Origin: Tubiluchus corallicola
Lineage: Eukaryota; Animalia; Priapulida
Length of the DNA: 64,000 nt
Direction of reading: 5' to 3'
Assembly: GCA_030141605.1 (NCBI GenBank)
Contig: JAQGDQ010000155.1
Location: 248,001 to 312,000 of the forward strand
Shown: positions 61,106-64,000 of the stretch, piece after piece
Numbering within the stretch: the first letter of the stretch is position 1
Layout: every line of letters begins with the position of its first letter
The notes under the pieces: generated by a model
The model's database searches: none
Told to the model about the DNA's origin: nothing
The model's input: only the letters and a program-made list of their open reading frames with translations
Translations under genes and position numbers: made by a program

Positions 61106-64000
61106 AGTATACGCTTTATATTATTAATATCTTTGCATTTTGTTTTTACCAAAATAGGCTTAAATATCCATAAAATGGCATTTCACATCTGAAAGTCTTT
61201 CACACAATGATATGATGAAATAAGAAATCTGTGGTTATTTTTTGGTCACAAATTTTATATTTAATATTCTATTTAATTTTAAAGAAGTGGGTTACTGTCA
61301 TGTAAACCTGATAAAAAAATAGATGAGTGAACAAAAAAAAAAGAACTGGGAGAAAGGTTAGATCACATAGGAAGGGTTGAAGGATGTGTTAGTGGAAATA
61401 GATTGTGCTATGTTGACATCAGCTCTAAAGATTTATCAATGATGCTTTGTTTTGTATAATCTGTACCAGGATTGTGGTATGACTGCTGCAGTAGGTGTGG
61501 TAAATTAGGAAGTGTTGTACTTGTTGAGAATCATTGCTCGGTATTTCTTTTTAAATTTTTGAATTGGCTGTGTTACATCCATTCCCTAATATAATCGTCC
61601 ATTTTGTATAGTAGTAGTATATTCAACGGTTATTAACTGGCGTGAAGAATTTGACACGCTGCGCCCCTTTTTCAGGAATTCACTTATATATGAGCGAAGC
61701 CAGTTTTTTACTACCCCCTTTTAGTTCCGTTCCGTTCAGTACTTCGTTGCTTCCACTACTGTGGTTGCGATATTTTTATCAACTAGATGAAACTAACCTT
61801 TCTTTAACTTTAATGTTTCGTTTACTCTGCACCATTAATTGGCAACAAATTTAGTAACTGCAAGTTATACATGTGTAAAATAATATTGCTTAACTCTAGT
61901 CGAGATTCAAATATTCAAAATCTTTAGAAATTTACTTCTTTTGCATAATTTTGAAGAAAACTCCAAGGCACAGCTGCTGATAAAAAAGGCAAACTTTCCG
62001 TGCTTTAACAATAAACAAGCATGATCTAATAACCTATGTACTTGCTTAGCTGATTTTTCTTACTTGCTCAGACCATTCATAGTATATTTAAATTTTGAAA
62101 CCAATATGTAGCATGCACGACCAATTTCATCAAGAATAACCAAGAATGCTCAATCAGTCCATTCCAAACATCAAGTCTAGACATAAGTGTGTACATTAGT
62201 TGTTTATTCTGTTAAAAAAACATAAACATGTAAATAAATAAATTGCTGCACATTTTGTGAAAATAATATTTTCAAATTAGTACATTTGCAAAGATTTTAA
62301 TATAAAACTCCAACTTAATTTTAGTTAATACAATTATCAATGTTGTGATTACTTAAATAAATTAATTGCCTAGTTCACGTTCACACCACTGATTAATAAA
62401 AAATGTTTATAAATAAATTAATAAACTGCTTTAATTTAAGTACCACACATATACAGTTAATTCCACTAGCTAACCAAATTGCAAAAATTATTAAAAATAA
62501 AAGTAACTCACATACATGCCTAAACAGTAAACATTAGAGCACCATTAGGGAACTGTAACAGCAAATTGACAATAAACACCATTTGCAACTGCAGACTACA
62601 GGAAACAATAATTTAATTAACTCAACAAAACAGAAGTTCTAAATTACATGTGACCAGCCCCAACATATCATGGCCAAGTGTCTGTTGCATTTCACAAAAC
62701 CGGGTACCTAAAGTCATGAACCATGAAATAACCTGACAGGTAAGTTGAGGTAACTGCCTGCTGACCTCAGAGGGCAGCACTGTCCAGCACACAATACAAA
62801 AAAGACAGCTTCAATTACACGTCTAAATCGCATTATTATCATTTATGAAACCCAATTTAAAAAATTGGTCCTAGAAATGCGTTAACCAAAGGGGTTATGC
62901 GGTTGCGAGCATATGTCGTAAGTTGTACTGAAGTTTATAGTACTTAGCAAAGTAGCGGCCGACCAGCAAGTGGCACCTGGCATTTGTTAGTATATGTAGT
63001 TTGTATTAGAGAGAAAACAAGTGTGTAATATATGTCAAAAAAGGAAAAGTAAGGCAGGTCAGTAAGAATAGCGATAGTAGAATAGCGATAAATAAAGTTT
63101 CGTAAAAGAGGATCTTGGAAAATAGGTTTATATATTATAGTTTTTAGTTATTTGGGAGGTGATTATGGTTATTGTTAGTTTTCTGTTTTATAAAGATTAC
63201 TCTTGTTTATGTTCGGTACATTAAAATAGATTTTTGCTTTTCAAGGTTGACATTGTTATCATTGAATTTTTTAAGCTTTTTTAAATTCACTTATGTAGGA
63301 ACGTATTTATAATCATAAAAAACAGCTTGTGTTTATGGAGTGAGATTTTGTATACATATAGCTGTATTATTTAGCAAGGAATATGTTATGTAAGGAGTAT
63401 GGAAAACAAATCAAAATACAAAATGTTGGAGTCGTCAGTGGGACCTGAGAGCCGAGTTTCGGCCGCTAGAAATTGTTAAATATTTAAAATTTCTGGGAAT
63501 AAAAACTTTAGTTGATTTTAAGTGGGAAGTTAATATGCCCTGTTGAGTAAGTGCACTGTTTAGGTCACTAATGTGATTTTAGAATCAACTAATGCAATTT
63601 GTAGCGCTTTAATAGTTCAAATTAGGTAAAAAAAAGGTTGAAAAAATAAAAACGGTTATAAGCAAAGCAAAATAATCGTAATTAAACGTGCCTCGTTCAG
63701 TGAGAAAAAAGGTGTCAGATATTCAACGTCATTAAAACGAAACATCATTAAATGAAGACATTCAACAAGGCTTACTGTAATATTTTTGTAAATGTAAGAA
63801 GTATTCGTAAGACTTAAACGTTTAGAGAGAAAACGAAACACGAAATGCATTAATTTTGATTTCACACTGAAAGATAATTATTAATCATAATTTTCTTCGT
63901 CACAAATAATCCAGCAATGTTTCATTGTTCACAATGTTTAGAAAACTTACGCAATGAATTTGCCTGAATATCACAATCATTCACATTTTTGGTATCAATA

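Overview
AT-rich, repeat-dense eukaryotic DNA, most likely from an invertebrate animal, with two divergently oriented spliced genes. (1) Minus strand: the 5' end of an L-type (Cav1) voltage-gated calcium channel alpha-1 gene. It has a probable 19-nt first coding exon (36682-36664), exon 2 (31124-30785, with an NSCaTE-like motif) and exon 3 (25901-25796, segment IS1). Exons 2 and 3 are joined by a clear GT-AG U12-type (minor spliceosome) intron. I found no further exon down to position 1, implying an intron 3 of more than 25 kb. (2) Plus strand: a complete 3-exon gene (48824-61034) for a 349-aa protein with signal peptide, LRRs, LRRCT, a Thr/Pro/Ser stalk and a hydrophobic GPI-like tail. The rest is transposon debris: CR1/L2-type LINE fragments, RTE and RTEX-like fragments, TTAA-targeting Kolobok/T2-like MITEs, Tigger-, hAT-, Harbinger- and piggyBac-like elements, and a Penelope remnant with hammerhead-ribozyme motifs, plus mini- and microsatellites. 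The most unusual element is a ~590-bp retroposon with a full-length 5S rRNA head, an RTE-derived body and an (AAC)n tail (candidate SINE3). Most ORFs in the supplied track are repeat artefacts. All calls are by eye, and family assignments need database confirmation.
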